From Dehalococcoidia bacterium (lineage in GTDB: Bacteria > Chloroflexota > Dehalococcoidia > Lucifugimonadales > UBA3495), in the NCBI GenBank assembly GCA_034420695.1, contig DAOULB010000040.1:80162-144161 (forward strand): 64,000 nucleotides of DNA, written 5' to 3'. Positions 1-9,532 of the stretch are shown here, piece by piece. Numbering within the stretch: position 1 is the first letter of the stretch; each line of letters begins with the position of its first letter. The notes beneath the pieces were generated by a model. The model saw only the letters and a program-made list of their open reading frames with translations. It did not search any database and had not been told where the DNA came from. The position numbers were made by a program, and so were the translations under genes.

Positions 1-1488
1 CTCGACTCGGTGGGCACCCTGGGCTTCCGTGGGGAGGCCCTGCCCAGCATCGCCGCCGTCTCTCGCCTGACCATGACGACCCGCACCCACGGAGATGACG
101 CCGCCCACTGGGTGCGCTTGGAATGGGGGAGTTTTGAGCAGTCGGGTTCCCAGGGCGCCGCGCCCGGCACATCGGTCTGTGTGGAGGACCTCTTCGAAAA
201 CATGCCCGCCCGCCGGAAGTTTCTCAGGTCGGCAACCACCGAAGCCGGACGGATACAAGAACTGGTCAGCCGCTACGCCTTGGTCTACCCGGAGGTGGCG
301 TTCCTGCTGACCAACGAGGGCCGCCGGGTTTTCCAGACCCAGGGCAACGGGAATGCCAGGGGCCCCTTGGCCGCAGTGTTCGGCCCCGAGGCCGCCGGGT
401 TGATGCTGGAAATCGACGGGGAAGACCCGGAGTCGGGGTATGCGGTCCACGGATTCATCAGCCCTCCCAGCCTGAACCGGGCCAACCGCACCCAGTTGAC
501 CTTCTTCGTCAACCGCCGCTGGATTCAGAGCCGTATGCTCGCCTATGCCTTGGAGGAGGCCTACCACGGCTTGCTGCCGGAGCGGCGGTACCCGATGGCG
601 GCGGTGGGCTTGTCGGTGCCCTTGGAACAAGTGGACGTCAATTATCACCCCACGAAGCGGGAGGTCAGGTTCCACCAAGAAGGCAAGGCCTTCGCCACCC
701 TGCAGCGGGCAGTCCGCAGCGCTTTGATTGAGCAGTCGCCGGTCCCGGTGATGCACCCTCCCGGCGAGAGTCCCTGGAGGCCCAGTCCCGGACCGGCCAC
801 TGCCGGCCCCTCCTTCTTCCCTTCAACCCCCTTTGCCGGGTCCGGCAGTTCTTCTCCCGGCGGCGGCGAATGGAAGGGCGCTTTGCCCCGCCCGGCTGCT
901 CCGGCGTTGAAGGTGGTGGGCCAGATGAAGCTCACCTACATTGTGGCGGAAGGGCCGGAAGGCATGTTCTTGGTGGACCAGCACGCCGCCCACGAGAGGG
1001 TGCTGTTCGACCGGCTGGTGGCGGACCAGAACCCAGGGGGAGGGGAGCGCGCTCCCCAGTCTCAAGCCCTGCTGCAACCGGCGGAGGTGGAGCTCAGCCC
1101 CTCCCAACTGGATACACTGATCAATAACTCCGAGAAGCTGGCCGCCTACGGGTTCATTGTTGAGCCCTTCGGAGGCAATAGTTATCTGCTGCGTGCAGTT
1201 CCTGCGGTGGTCGCTGCGAAGGAAGGGGGAGACCCGGCCGGGTCCTTGGTGGACGTACTGGACATGGTGGCATTCGAAGGGTTGATGCGCCGCCAAGAAG
1301 ATGTACTGGCGGCTTCAATAGCCTGTCACGGGGCCATTCGGGCCGGAAAGCCGCTGACGGAACCGGAAATGCGCAGCCTGCTGGAACAGTTGGAAGGGGC
1401 CGACAATCCCCACACATGCCCCCACGGCAGGCCCACCATGGTTCACTTCAGTTCTTATCAGGTGGAGAAGGAGTTCGGTCGGCGGTAG
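1..1488 (+). CDS. mutL: DNA mismatch repair endonuclease MutL (5'-partial, begins before the window)
   Basis: GFRGEAL ATPase motif, LFENMPARRKFL, VDVNYHPTKREVRF, C-terminal DQHAAHERV and CPHGRP endonuclease motifs; frame is open from base 1. Confidence 0.97.
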   Translation, partial: LDSVGTLGFRGEALPSIAAVSRLTMTTRTHGDDAAHWVRLEWGSFEQSGSQGAAPGTSVCVEDLFENMPARRKFLRSATTEAGRIQELVSRYALVYPEVAFLLTNEGRRVFQTQGNGNARGPLAAVFGPEAAGLMLEIDGEDPESGYAVHGFISPPSLNRANRTQLTFFVNRRWIQSRMLAYALEEAYHGLLPERRYPMAAVGLSVPLEQVDVNYHPTKREVRFHQEGKAFATLQRAVRSALIEQSPVPVMHPPGESPWRPSPGPATAGPSFFPSTPFAGSGSSSPGGGEWKGALPRPAAPALKVVGQMKLTYIVAEGPEGMFLVDQHAAHERVLFDRLVADQNPGGGERAPQSQALLQPAEVELSPSQLDTLINNSEKLAAYGFIVEPFGGNSYLLRAVPAVVAAKEGGDPAGSLVDVLDMVAFEGLMRRQEDVLAASIACHGAIRAGKPLTEPEMRSLLEQLEGADNPHTCPHGRPTMVHFSSYQVEKEFGRR

Positions 1489-1504
1489 CAGCCTCCCGGA
1501 CTGT

Positions 1505-1714
1505 CTAGGCCTTGTCCTTGTCCCTGGGGCGGAAAATGGAGTCCCCGCCCGGCAGGTTGGACTTGGAGGCCGTCAAACGGCCCCTGTTTTTCCTGATCCA
1601 GGGAATTGCCGGCGTCGATACTATTGCCAGGGCGGCGGCGCCTATGGCCAACTTGATCAGGAAGCCCCGCCGGGATTTTCGCGAACTGTCCTTTGAAGAC
1701 TTATTGTCTGCCAC
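1505..1714 (-). CDS. Small (69 aa) protein with twin-arginine-like motif and one hydrophobic helix
   Basis: GTG at 1714 preceded by GAGGA; sequence VADNKSSKDSSRKSRRGFLIKLAIGAAALAIVSTPAIPW...; same strand as and downstream of the glycosylation cluster. The track ORF start (1819) is probably too long. Confidence 0.6.
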   Translation of the reverse strand: MADNKSSKDSSRKSRRGFLIKLAIGAAALAIVSTPAIPWIRKNRGRLTASKSNLPGGDSIFRPRDKDKA

Positions 1715-1840
1715 GGTTCGGTCCTCACTTGCTGGAACGGTCCAGGATACGGCGAACAAGCCGAGTCCCGAATTTCCATCTTTTAATCGATTGTAACCCC
1801 GCTGCCTGAAATTTGCCACCTGCCCCGCCTGGCGCTCGTC

Positions 1841-3172
1841 TCAGGCCTGCAAGATTCCCCGGTCTTCCAAGAGCATCCGGGCCACCTGCCTGCCCATGCG
1901 TACCGAATAGTTGGTGCCCCGGTCTTCGGGATATATCTGGGTGGTATTTGCCAAGTATAGATTGGCAATGGGGGTCCGGTGAGAGGGAATGCGCTGGCTG
2001 TAGTTGATGCCGATGATGGGCTGGGCGGCATCAACCTTGTGGTGGTGGAAATCGAGAATCCAAGAACGGTCGAATTCCGGGTTGACCTTCTGCAGGTGGG
2101 GAATGAACTCCTCCAGCAGTTCCGGGCCGCTCTTCTTGTACAGTTCGCCGTTGGGGTCCGGGTAATTGCTGAGGTACACAATGTGCCGCCCGCCGTAGAG
2201 GGACTTGTCAAGCATGTTGGTGTGCTCGATTATGCCGACGAAGGGCAGGCTCCGGTCGGCAACGTTGAGCCAGTAGGTGGAAGAGAGGGGCCGGTCCAGC
2301 TCCAGGATTACCAGCACTGCCGACAGGTACTGGGCGCCCTCCAGCAATTCCAGGTAGTCCGGCGGCAGGGGGGAGGCCAACCGGGTGAAAACGTAGGAAG
2401 GGGTGGTGGCGATTACTGCATCGTAGCCCTTGCTCTCCACGGGAAGGCCGGGCAGTTCCACCTCCAAGCCGGTGGCAGCCCCCTGTTCCACCACTACCCG
2501 CCTCACCCCGGCGGAAATGTGCACCTGTCCGCCCTGTTCCACTATTCGTTGGGCCAGGACGTCGAACACCTCACCGAAGCTTCCCATGGGGTAACCCAGC
2601 CGCTCCTTCTGCATGCCCTTGCTCCGGGAAGCGACCCGCAAATGGATTTTGCCCCAGATCCAAGCCATGCTGATCTGGTCGTAGTAGTCGCCGAATTTGC
2701 CCCGGAGCAAGGGCTCCCAGATGACCTCGCAGGCCCTCCGGCCCATGTGTTCCTCCAGCCACCGCTTGGCCGTGACGCCCTCGAACTTGCGCCAGTTCCC
2801 GGTCTTCTGCAGGGCGAAGGTCCACAGGCCAACCCGTAATCGCTGCAGCAACGAAAGGGGCGTGAACCGCAAAAGGTCCAGAGGGGTGGAGAAGGGCCAG
2901 ATTCGGCCGCCGTAAAACAGCCCCACCTTCGACTCCAGCCAAGCCAGCCGGTCTCCCAGGCCGATTTCCTGGATTAGCTCCGCCATGTCGGTATCGCTCA
3001 CGAAAAGGTGGTGGTAACCCCTTTCCAACTGGCTTTCGCCGACGGTGAAGGTCGATGCCTGCCCTGCCAGGAAAGGAGCCCTTTCGAAGACTTCGGCGTA
3101 GTGGCCGCGCTTGGTCAACTCGTAGGCTGCCGCCAGCCCGGCCGCCCCGCCTCCAATAACCCCTACTCTCAT
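1841..3172 (-). CDS. FAD-dependent oxidoreductase (amine oxidase / protoporphyrinogen-oxidase-like fold)
   Basis: N-terminal GGGAAGLAAA...EVFER dinucleotide-binding motif, ERGYHH; start overlaps the stop of the upstream membrane gene (3169-3172). Confidence 0.85.
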   Translation of the reverse strand: MRVGVIGGGAAGLAAAYELTKRGHYAEVFERAPFLAGQASTFTVGESQLERGYHHLFVSDTDMAELIQEIGLGDRLAWLESKVGLFYGGRIWPFSTPLDLLRFTPLSLLQRLRVGLWTFALQKTGNWRKFEGVTAKRWLEEHMGRRACEVIWEPLLRGKFGDYYDQISMAWIWGKIHLRVASRSKGMQKERLGYPMGSFGEVFDVLAQRIVEQGGQVHISAGVRRVVVEQGAATGLEVELPGLPVESKGYDAVIATTPSYVFTRLASPLPPDYLELLEGAQYLSAVLVILELDRPLSSTYWLNVADRSLPFVGIIEHTNMLDKSLYGGRHIVYLSNYPDPNGELYKKSGPELLEEFIPHLQKVNPEFDRSWILDFHHHKVDAAQPIIGINYSQRIPSHRTPIANLYLANTTQIYPEDRGTNYSVRMGRQVARMLLEDRGILQA

Positions 3173-4299
3173 CCCGGGCCGCTCCCGGCTTGGGGAAGGT
3201 TCCCTGACGGGCCCGTGGGGCTCCAGCCTTGGGACAGAGGGGCTTCGTTCTGCTCAGCCTGCTCCACAGGACGCCGGGCCAATTGGGTGATGGACAGGTT
3301 TTGCGTCCAGAGCAGGGCCAGCCCCGCCAAATTCACCGGCAGCCACAGGGCCACAAGGTGGATGAAGGCCCCGTAGGCCCCGGCTAAGGAAGCGCCCACT
3401 CCCAACACCACTAAGGTCTGTTGAGTGACCAGTTCGAAGGGGCCGATCCCGCCGACGGCCGTGGGCATGGCGGTTGCCAGGTTGGAGGTTGCGGTCACCA
3501 GCATAGCCACCAGCAAGAACGCGCCGAAAGAAGGGAAATAATCGTGGAGGCCGAAGGAGTAACCCACCAGCAGGTACATGGAGCCCTCCATAGCCCACAC
3601 CGGCAGGGAGAGCAGGAAGACTATCAGGTGTTTACCGGGCGAGTTCAGGATGGCCAAGCCTAGGATGAAGCCGGTCAATAGGCCGCGGACCCGTGCCTTG
3701 GCCTTGCTTCCCGGAACGAAGCGCAACCCCAATTCCACTATCTTCTGGCTGCTGCCCTGCCTCGCCAGCAGGGTCAGCACCACCAAGGCCGCGGCGAAGA
3801 CCCCCGCTACGGCGATGGAAAGCACGATGGCCGTTCCCCGGGAGAGGCCGGCTTGGCCGCTGAAGGCCCCCATCAGCAGGAGAAGGGGCGCCGACAGGGC
3901 GCAAAAGGCCATCAGGGTCATCCCGTCGTAGACCCGCTCCACTGCAATGGTGGCTAAGGCGGTGCCGGAACTGCACTCCTCGCGCCGGGCCAGGTAGTAG
4001 GCTCTCACCAGTTCCCCCAGCCGGGCGGGCAGGAGGTTGTTGGCCATGTAGCCTATTACAACCACCGGGTACAGCCTGGAAACGGGGAAGGACTGGATGG
4101 GTGACAGCAGGTAGCGCCATCGGAAGGAACGGAAGTAAAGGCCAACGAAATATATGACTATGGCCGGGGCCAGGTAAACGTAGTTGGCCCGGGCCAGGGA
4201 GCCCTTGATTTCGGCGGGGTCAACTTGGAAGGCCAGCAGCCCCAGGAAACCCAGGCTGAAGGCCACCCCCAGCCAGAAGCGCCAGTCACGATAGAACAA
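3169..4299 (-). CDS. Lysylphosphatidylglycerol-synthase TM-domain / flippase-like membrane protein (UPF0104-like)
   Basis: FRSFRWRYLL, GYMANNLLPARLGELVRAY, ERVYD and P..GGIGPFE motifs; multiple TM segments. Confidence 0.85.
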   Translation of the reverse strand: MFYRDWRFWLGVAFSLGFLGLLAFQVDPAEIKGSLARANYVYLAPAIVIYFVGLYFRSFRWRYLLSPIQSFPVSRLYPVVVIGYMANNLLPARLGELVRAYYLARREECSSGTALATIAVERVYDGMTLMAFCALSAPLLLLMGAFSGQAGLSRGTAIVLSIAVAGVFAAALVVLTLLARQGSSQKIVELGLRFVPGSKAKARVRGLLTGFILGLAILNSPGKHLIVFLLSLPVWAMEGSMYLLVGYSFGLHDYFPSFGAFLLVAMLVTATSNLATAMPTAVGGIGPFELVTQQTLVVLGVGASLAGAYGAFIHLVALWLPVNLAGLALLWTQNLSITQLARRPVEQAEQNEAPLSQGWSPTGPSGNLPQAGSGPG

Positions 4300-4428
4300 G
4301 TTGGCAGGGTCCTAAAAGCGAGTTAATCCTTGCCCAGGGCGCCGGCCAAAAGTCGGACAAGGGCCGCCAGTATAAGCCAGCCGCCGGTTGAGTCACAAGG
4401 AAGGCCGGAAGTATCAAGGCAGGCAGGC

Positions 4429-7014
4429 TCAGGGCAGGTAGCTGTAGTACAGGGCGTCGTACCAAGGGTCCTCCAACCGGCGAAAGAGCCAGTAGTTAAT
4501 ACCGTCACTCCACGATTTCCGGCTGCTCAAGGCCGATTGGAAATATCTCAGGTCCTTGGTGAATTGTACCTTGCTGGGCAGTCCCCTGAACCCAAGAAAC
4601 GAGCCCTCATAGGCGCGGTTTTCGCCGGGCCTCCGGTAGCTCTCGGGAAACCAGAGCAGGCTCTTGAGGGGGCCGTCCCTGCGGAAGTGTTCCAAGTCCG
4701 CCTCGTCCCGGTCGCCGTGGACCGTGGTCAGCAGCCTGGCCGAGGCTTCCGTTGATTCTGACACTGGCTTGCAGTCGGAAGTCCAGGCCGGGTCTGACTC
4801 GCTCTTGAAACAGGCGAACCTGAGGCTTTTCTGGTCGTGTAGGTGCCTCACGTACCATTGCAAGGGGTACCATACGTCGTAGTCAACCACTATTTGGGTT
4901 TCAAGATTTTCCCGAAGGGACAGGAGGTCCAACTCCCGGTAGGTTGTCTTCAGGTCGGAGCCGCCTTGGGCGTAAACCAGGACTTCGACGTTGGAATCGT
5001 CGTAGGTGTAGGCGGCCCGGAAGCCGCCCCATATGCTGAATCCCAGCAACAGGGCCGCCAGCCCGAGGCCACCCAGTGCGGCGCCCCGGCGATGAGGGTC
5101 TGCTTGCAGCAGTCCGGCGGAAACCAGCCCCGCTGCCGCGCAAGCCGCCAGCAGGAGCCATTCGGTATTGCCCCAAGTGGACTCCGTATCGACCCACCGG
5201 TAAACCAAGTACACGGCCCCGGCGAGGAGCCCAGGCCAGAGGACCAGTTGGGCGGTGTAGGCCCGGTTCAAGGCCTCCTGCCAGCGCACCCGTTCCAGGA
5301 GGCGCCCCAGGAAAGCCCCGCTGAGGAAAATCAAAGGCAGGGAGATATTTACCAGCAGCCACGGCATTTTCTCACTGGCCACGGTGTAGGCCAGGAAAGT
5401 AACCAAGGCCCACAGGGTCATCACCAGTCCGAGGGGGTCACCCCGCCGCAGGAAATAGACCGCTCCCGTGATCCCGAAGGCCGCCGGAAGATATTCGTAA
5501 ATGGAAACCCCTACGAAGTAGTAGTACCAAGGCTGGTCACCCCTGGCCACCTCTTGCTGGGCCATCCAATAGCCCATGCCTTGCCACACGCCGCTGAAAA
5601 CCCCGGCAAGGTTGGTGAAGAAGGTGGTGTAGAGCAGGGTCCAGATGCCGTAGAACACCCCGGCCAAGCCCAGCCACGCCAGCCCCAGCCAGCGAATCCC
5701 CAGCCAGGCCGAACCGGCTAAGGCGGCCCCCACCACCAGTACTGCCGCGACGAAGTTCAAGGGAATTCCGTTGGGGATTTCCCCCAAGGCGGTGCCCGGC
5801 GGCAGCAGCCAGTGCACCACCCCGCTGACACTGAGCGCAGATGTGAACAGCGCCAAGTAGACCGCGGTCAGCAGGGGTGGGAGGAACAATAACGCCGGGT
5901 CTCCGCGCCAAGTGTTCCGTGAGACGTACAAGGTGAGAGCGGCCGCGGCTGTGAGGACGCCGGCGGCTGCCACGGAAGCCTGCCAGTCTCCGGTTCCAGC
6001 GTCAAAGGGAAGGAGGACCGCAAAGCAGACCGCGGCAACCAGCGCCAGCGGAACACCCAGGGAGCCGGGCAGCTCCTTGACCGGGGTCCCGGAACGGCGG
6101 CTGTGCCAGGTCAGGGCGGTCACGCCCAGCATGGCTACTATGAGGTGAGTCCACCACTGGCCTTGGTACAACGGGATGGATAGGTACGGGCCCTCCCATT
6201 GGGGGGCTCCCACCAGCCCTTCCGAAACGCCGTCGGGGTTGACCAAGGCCAGGCCCAAGGGCCCCTGCAACAGGCCGAAAAGAGGCCCCCACTGGGGGAG
6301 GGTCAAGGTGCATAGCAGGAGGAAGAATCCGGCCGGACCCGCCAGTCCCCGCAGGGAGGTCCTGCGAGTGAAACAGGGAGCCAACTGGGGGAGGGCCAGC
6401 AGGAAGGCCACCCCACCAAAAAACAGGGTCACGAAGTAGGCCGTCTCCTTGGTGGCAAACATGAAGGCCAGCACCGCAGCGGCAAGGAACAGGTAACGGT
6501 TGCGCCCCTCTTCGATGTATCGCCACAGGAGGACCAGCAGGGCCGAAGCCCAGAAGGCCATGATGATGTCGTTGCGCCCGAACCGGCTGAAGTACAGCAT
6601 CACCGGCGAAAGCGCCAGCAGGGTCCCGGTCAACAGGGCGCCGGCGTTGCCGATGCGCTCCCGCAGGAAATAGGGAATCCCCACCAAGGCCGTGCCGAAA
6701 AACACATAGGCCAAGCGGGCGGTGAAGTCGGTGTCGCCGAAGACCCGGATGAACAGGGCCGTCAAGTCTACCTGGAAGGGGCCGTGCATCCAAGGGGAAT
6801 GAATAAACCCGTGACCTTCGGACAGCCGCCACGCTGCCTGGAGGTGGATGGCCTCGTCATAGTGCATAGTGCGGCCATCCAGTTCCCAGAGCCGCAGCGC
6901 CAAGGCAAGGGCCATCAGGCCGAGGAACGCCATTTGCGGCCATTCCAAGGTGATAGTGAGGGTGGGTAGTTCCCGGCGGCGGCCTGGACTTTTACCTGAT
7001 TTCAGCCTGAGCAT
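4429..7014 (-). CDS. TIGR03663-like GT-C (PMT/GT39-like) polytopic membrane protein
   Basis: RLWELDGRTMHYDEAIH, WMHGPFQ, YFSRFGRND, KET, YWMAQQEVARGDQPWYYY, EKMPWL, LVYAQ motifs. Confidence 0.8.
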   Translation of the reverse strand: MLRLKSGKSPGRRRELPTLTITLEWPQMAFLGLMALALALRLWELDGRTMHYDEAIHLQAAWRLSEGHGFIHSPWMHGPFQVDLTALFIRVFGDTDFTARLAYVFFGTALVGIPYFLRERIGNAGALLTGTLLALSPVMLYFSRFGRNDIIMAFWASALLVLLWRYIEEGRNRYLFLAAAVLAFMFATKETAYFVTLFFGGVAFLLALPQLAPCFTRRTSLRGLAGPAGFFLLLCTLTLPQWGPLFGLLQGPLGLALVNPDGVSEGLVGAPQWEGPYLSIPLYQGQWWTHLIVAMLGVTALTWHSRRSGTPVKELPGSLGVPLALVAAVCFAVLLPFDAGTGDWQASVAAAGVLTAAAALTLYVSRNTWRGDPALLFLPPLLTAVYLALFTSALSVSGVVHWLLPPGTALGEIPNGIPLNFVAAVLVVGAALAGSAWLGIRWLGLAWLGLAGVFYGIWTLLYTTFFTNLAGVFSGVWQGMGYWMAQQEVARGDQPWYYYFVGVSIYEYLPAAFGITGAVYFLRRGDPLGLVMTLWALVTFLAYTVASEKMPWLLVNISLPLIFLSGAFLGRLLERVRWQEALNRAYTAQLVLWPGLLAGAVYLVYRWVDTESTWGNTEWLLLAACAAAGLVSAGLLQADPHRRGAALGGLGLAALLLGFSIWGGFRAAYTYDDSNVEVLVYAQGGSDLKTTYRELDLLSLRENLETQIVVDYDVWYPLQWYVRHLHDQKSLRFACFKSESDPAWTSDCKPVSESTEASARLLTTVHGDRDEADLEHFRRDGPLKSLLWFPESYRRPGENRAYEGSFLGFRGLPSKVQFTKDLRYFQSALSSRKSWSDGINYWLFRRLEDPWYDALYYSYLP

Positions 7015-7079
7015 CTTGAAGCCTTTGGTAGTTCACGGGCGTAAGTGGTTCGTGCAGAGACCGGGCCGGCGCGCCCAAG

Positions 7080-9467
7080 TCACTGTTCATACTCGTATAT
7101 GGTTACGTCGTGGCTGGTGAAAACGGGCTTTAAAAAGCCGTGGTTCTCCAGGTTTTCCCAGCCATAGCTCTCCGTCTCCCGGTGACCTTGGTACACGTAT
7201 CTTACCCCGTATAGGTCCAACAGTTCCCGCACTTGGCCGTGGTCGCTGCTGCGGTAAATGGTCTCTACGTCATCGGCCCGGCCTTCGAACAATTGGCTGC
7301 TGCCCCGCCATTGCAACTCATGGCTCGGCCAGCCGAGCACCGTGGCCCGTCCGGTGCTCGACGATATTCGGCCGTACTCGGTGTAGTCGTCCCCCACCGC
7401 CTCCACGATTCGGCCCCATGGGGCAACATCGCGGAGCCAGCCTATGGCGGCGTACTCTCCGGGCCGCTCCCCCTTGATGAAGGCCAGCCCGTCCAAGGTG
7501 TTGGCTTCGAAGGAGTGGCCTTCCCGCAGGAGCCCGGTGCGGTCTAGAGCGGCCCCCGCGGGGTAGTAAAGGGCTGCTGCCACCAGTACGGCAACCAGCA
7601 GCAGCCAAAGCCGATGGCCGCCTGCCTTCATCCAACTTGAACTCAACACCGCACCGGGTTGAGGAAACCTCATAGGACGTGAGGCCCAGTAGAAGATAGC
7701 GTAGCCTCCGGCCAGCCCCAATAGCAGCCAAGCTTGGTAATACACCTTGAAAACCGTGTTCATCCGCCGCAAGCCGCCCCCGAAGGCATCGGCTACGTAG
7801 AATAGCTCCGCCCCGGCCAGCAGGAGGAACCCCGTCAACAGCAAACCCAAGGTGAACACCCGGCCGGGGTCGTCTCCAGAGCGAGCACAGCGGGCCAGGC
7901 TGTAGCAGGCCAAGGCCGCGACGGCCAGGGCGGGCAGTGCCCAACCCGCCCTGTGGAGTATGGAGGCCGTGGAAAAGCTCCCGTCCACGATTCTTGCGGC
8001 AATGGGGGCGGCCATAACCCAGATCGCGAAGGGAAGCAGCATGGTCAAAACTACCGCTAGCAGAAGTGGTCGTTGCTCCCTGTCGTGCAGACCCAGGACC
8101 GGAAGTTGGCGCAACAGGAAGGAGACGCCCAGCAGGGAAAACAGACCCATTACCAGGAGGAAGTGGAAGGGCCTTGTGCCATGCTCCAAGAGGGGCAAGA
8201 CTCCCTTGGCTTGGGTGGAGAATGTCAAATAGAAGGGAAGAAACAGGGCGACGCCAATTGCCAAGATGGACGCGAAGACGAAGATGGCGCGGCCAGCACC
8301 CCGTAGTCCCCGGCGGCAGCCGGGGACGCACCACTTTACCATGAAGACCAAGGCCAGGAAGAATGCGACGGTTACAAAGTCCCAAGTGTTGATGAAGGCC
8401 AGGGAGCCGATGAACATCGCCAGGGCGGCGGCTTCCAGGGGATGGCGTTTCAACCAAGTCAAGGCCGGTTGTTCTTTGTACAGCATCAGGTTCAGGCATA
8501 GGTACAGGGCTAATACCATAAAGGGCAGGGACAGGACATGGGCATGGAGGTCCCCCAGGAGGAAGCTGAAGAAGGGGAATTCGGTGATGGTGTAGTCCAG
8601 GCTCTGCCCGCCGGCGATGGTGTCTATCACCCGGGTGGCGCGCCACCACCACCAGTTCTCCTGTGGGAAGAAGGCGCCGGTCCCGGTCGGGCTCCCCTCC
8701 AGCCCCTTGATGCCCACCCATTCCCAGAAGGCGGCCGACCCCCAGCCTTGGGCCCAGACGAACTCCATGACCCCTTCCAGGTTACCCGCGAGAATAATCA
8801 GCAGCGGCGCGGCCAAGGCATAGAGCGTCGCCCGCCGGACGCCGGCGCCCGACAGGCGTATAAGGTTGTAGAGCAGTCCGAAGGACGCCGAAGCCAGGAG
8901 GGCTGGGACGGAAGCAAGGGCCAGGTTGTAGGCAACGCTTGAGGGGATGGACGTCAACTTGGCGAGCAGGGCCATGATGAAGTGGCCGAAGTAGTAGTAG
9001 CTGATGGAATGGCCGGCAAGCCACGGGTCCTCCGGAGGGAAGAAACGGCTGTGGAGGGAGGCGTTGAAAAGGGCAAGGTCCATCGGCTTTTCGGTGTGGT
9101 TGATGGCCGGTGATTCGGATGTGATCCCTGCCCAGAGCAGGAAGAACCCCAGGAAAAGGACCTCTGCCGCGGCCAAGGCGGGCCAGTGCTGCTTTACAAA
9201 TGAGGCCAGTTCCCGCCAGCGGTCCTTGATCACCCACCAAGAAGCAAACCCAAGAATGAGCACGATTCCCAGGATGGTGTACCGGGCGCTGGGAACCAAG
9301 TGGGTCAGGCCCAGCACCCAAATGGCATAGGAGCAGAGCACCAGGGAAAAGGGCTTGGCCACGGCAAAGCCGCGGTCCGGGAGGCGGTGCAACAATCGAA
9401 AACAAAGGGGGAAGGACAGCAGCCCCAGGAATTCTATGGCCAGAAGCCAAAGGAGCAGGTCAAGCAC
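7080..9467 (-). CDS. DUF2298 (Chlor_Arch_YYY-type) membrane protein
   Basis: EKPMD, DPWLAG..ISYYYFGH, ITEFPFFSFLLGDLHAH, NTWDF, RMNTVFK, TLDGLAF motifs. Confidence 0.85.
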   Translation of the reverse strand: MLDLLLWLLAIEFLGLLSFPLCFRLLHRLPDRGFAVAKPFSLVLCSYAIWVLGLTHLVPSARYTILGIVLILGFASWWVIKDRWRELASFVKQHWPALAAAEVLFLGFFLLWAGITSESPAINHTEKPMDLALFNASLHSRFFPPEDPWLAGHSISYYYFGHFIMALLAKLTSIPSSVAYNLALASVPALLASASFGLLYNLIRLSGAGVRRATLYALAAPLLIILAGNLEGVMEFVWAQGWGSAAFWEWVGIKGLEGSPTGTGAFFPQENWWWWRATRVIDTIAGGQSLDYTITEFPFFSFLLGDLHAHVLSLPFMVLALYLCLNLMLYKEQPALTWLKRHPLEAAALAMFIGSLAFINTWDFVTVAFFLALVFMVKWCVPGCRRGLRGAGRAIFVFASILAIGVALFLPFYLTFSTQAKGVLPLLEHGTRPFHFLLVMGLFSLLGVSFLLRQLPVLGLHDREQRPLLLAVVLTMLLPFAIWVMAAPIAARIVDGSFSTASILHRAGWALPALAVAALACYSLARCARSGDDPGRVFTLGLLLTGFLLLAGAELFYVADAFGGGLRRMNTVFKVYYQAWLLLGLAGGYAIFYWASRPMRFPQPGAVLSSSWMKAGGHRLWLLLVAVLVAAALYYPAGAALDRTGLLREGHSFEANTLDGLAFIKGERPGEYAAIGWLRDVAPWGRIVEAVGDDYTEYGRISSSTGRATVLGWPSHELQWRGSSQLFEGRADDVETIYRSSDHGQVRELLDLYGVRYVYQGHRETESYGWENLENHGFLKPVFTSHDVTIYEYEQ

Positions 9468-9532
9468 GGGAATTCAGTTAGGACCTGCGTTGCTGATCGC
9501 TCTGTGATAGTTGGGCCGCGCCACGGCTCCGG

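Noticed and set aside
1841-3172. hemY/hemG protoporphyrinogen oxidase assignment
   Set aside because: Only the generic FAD fold is supported; the context is glycosylation genes, not hem genes
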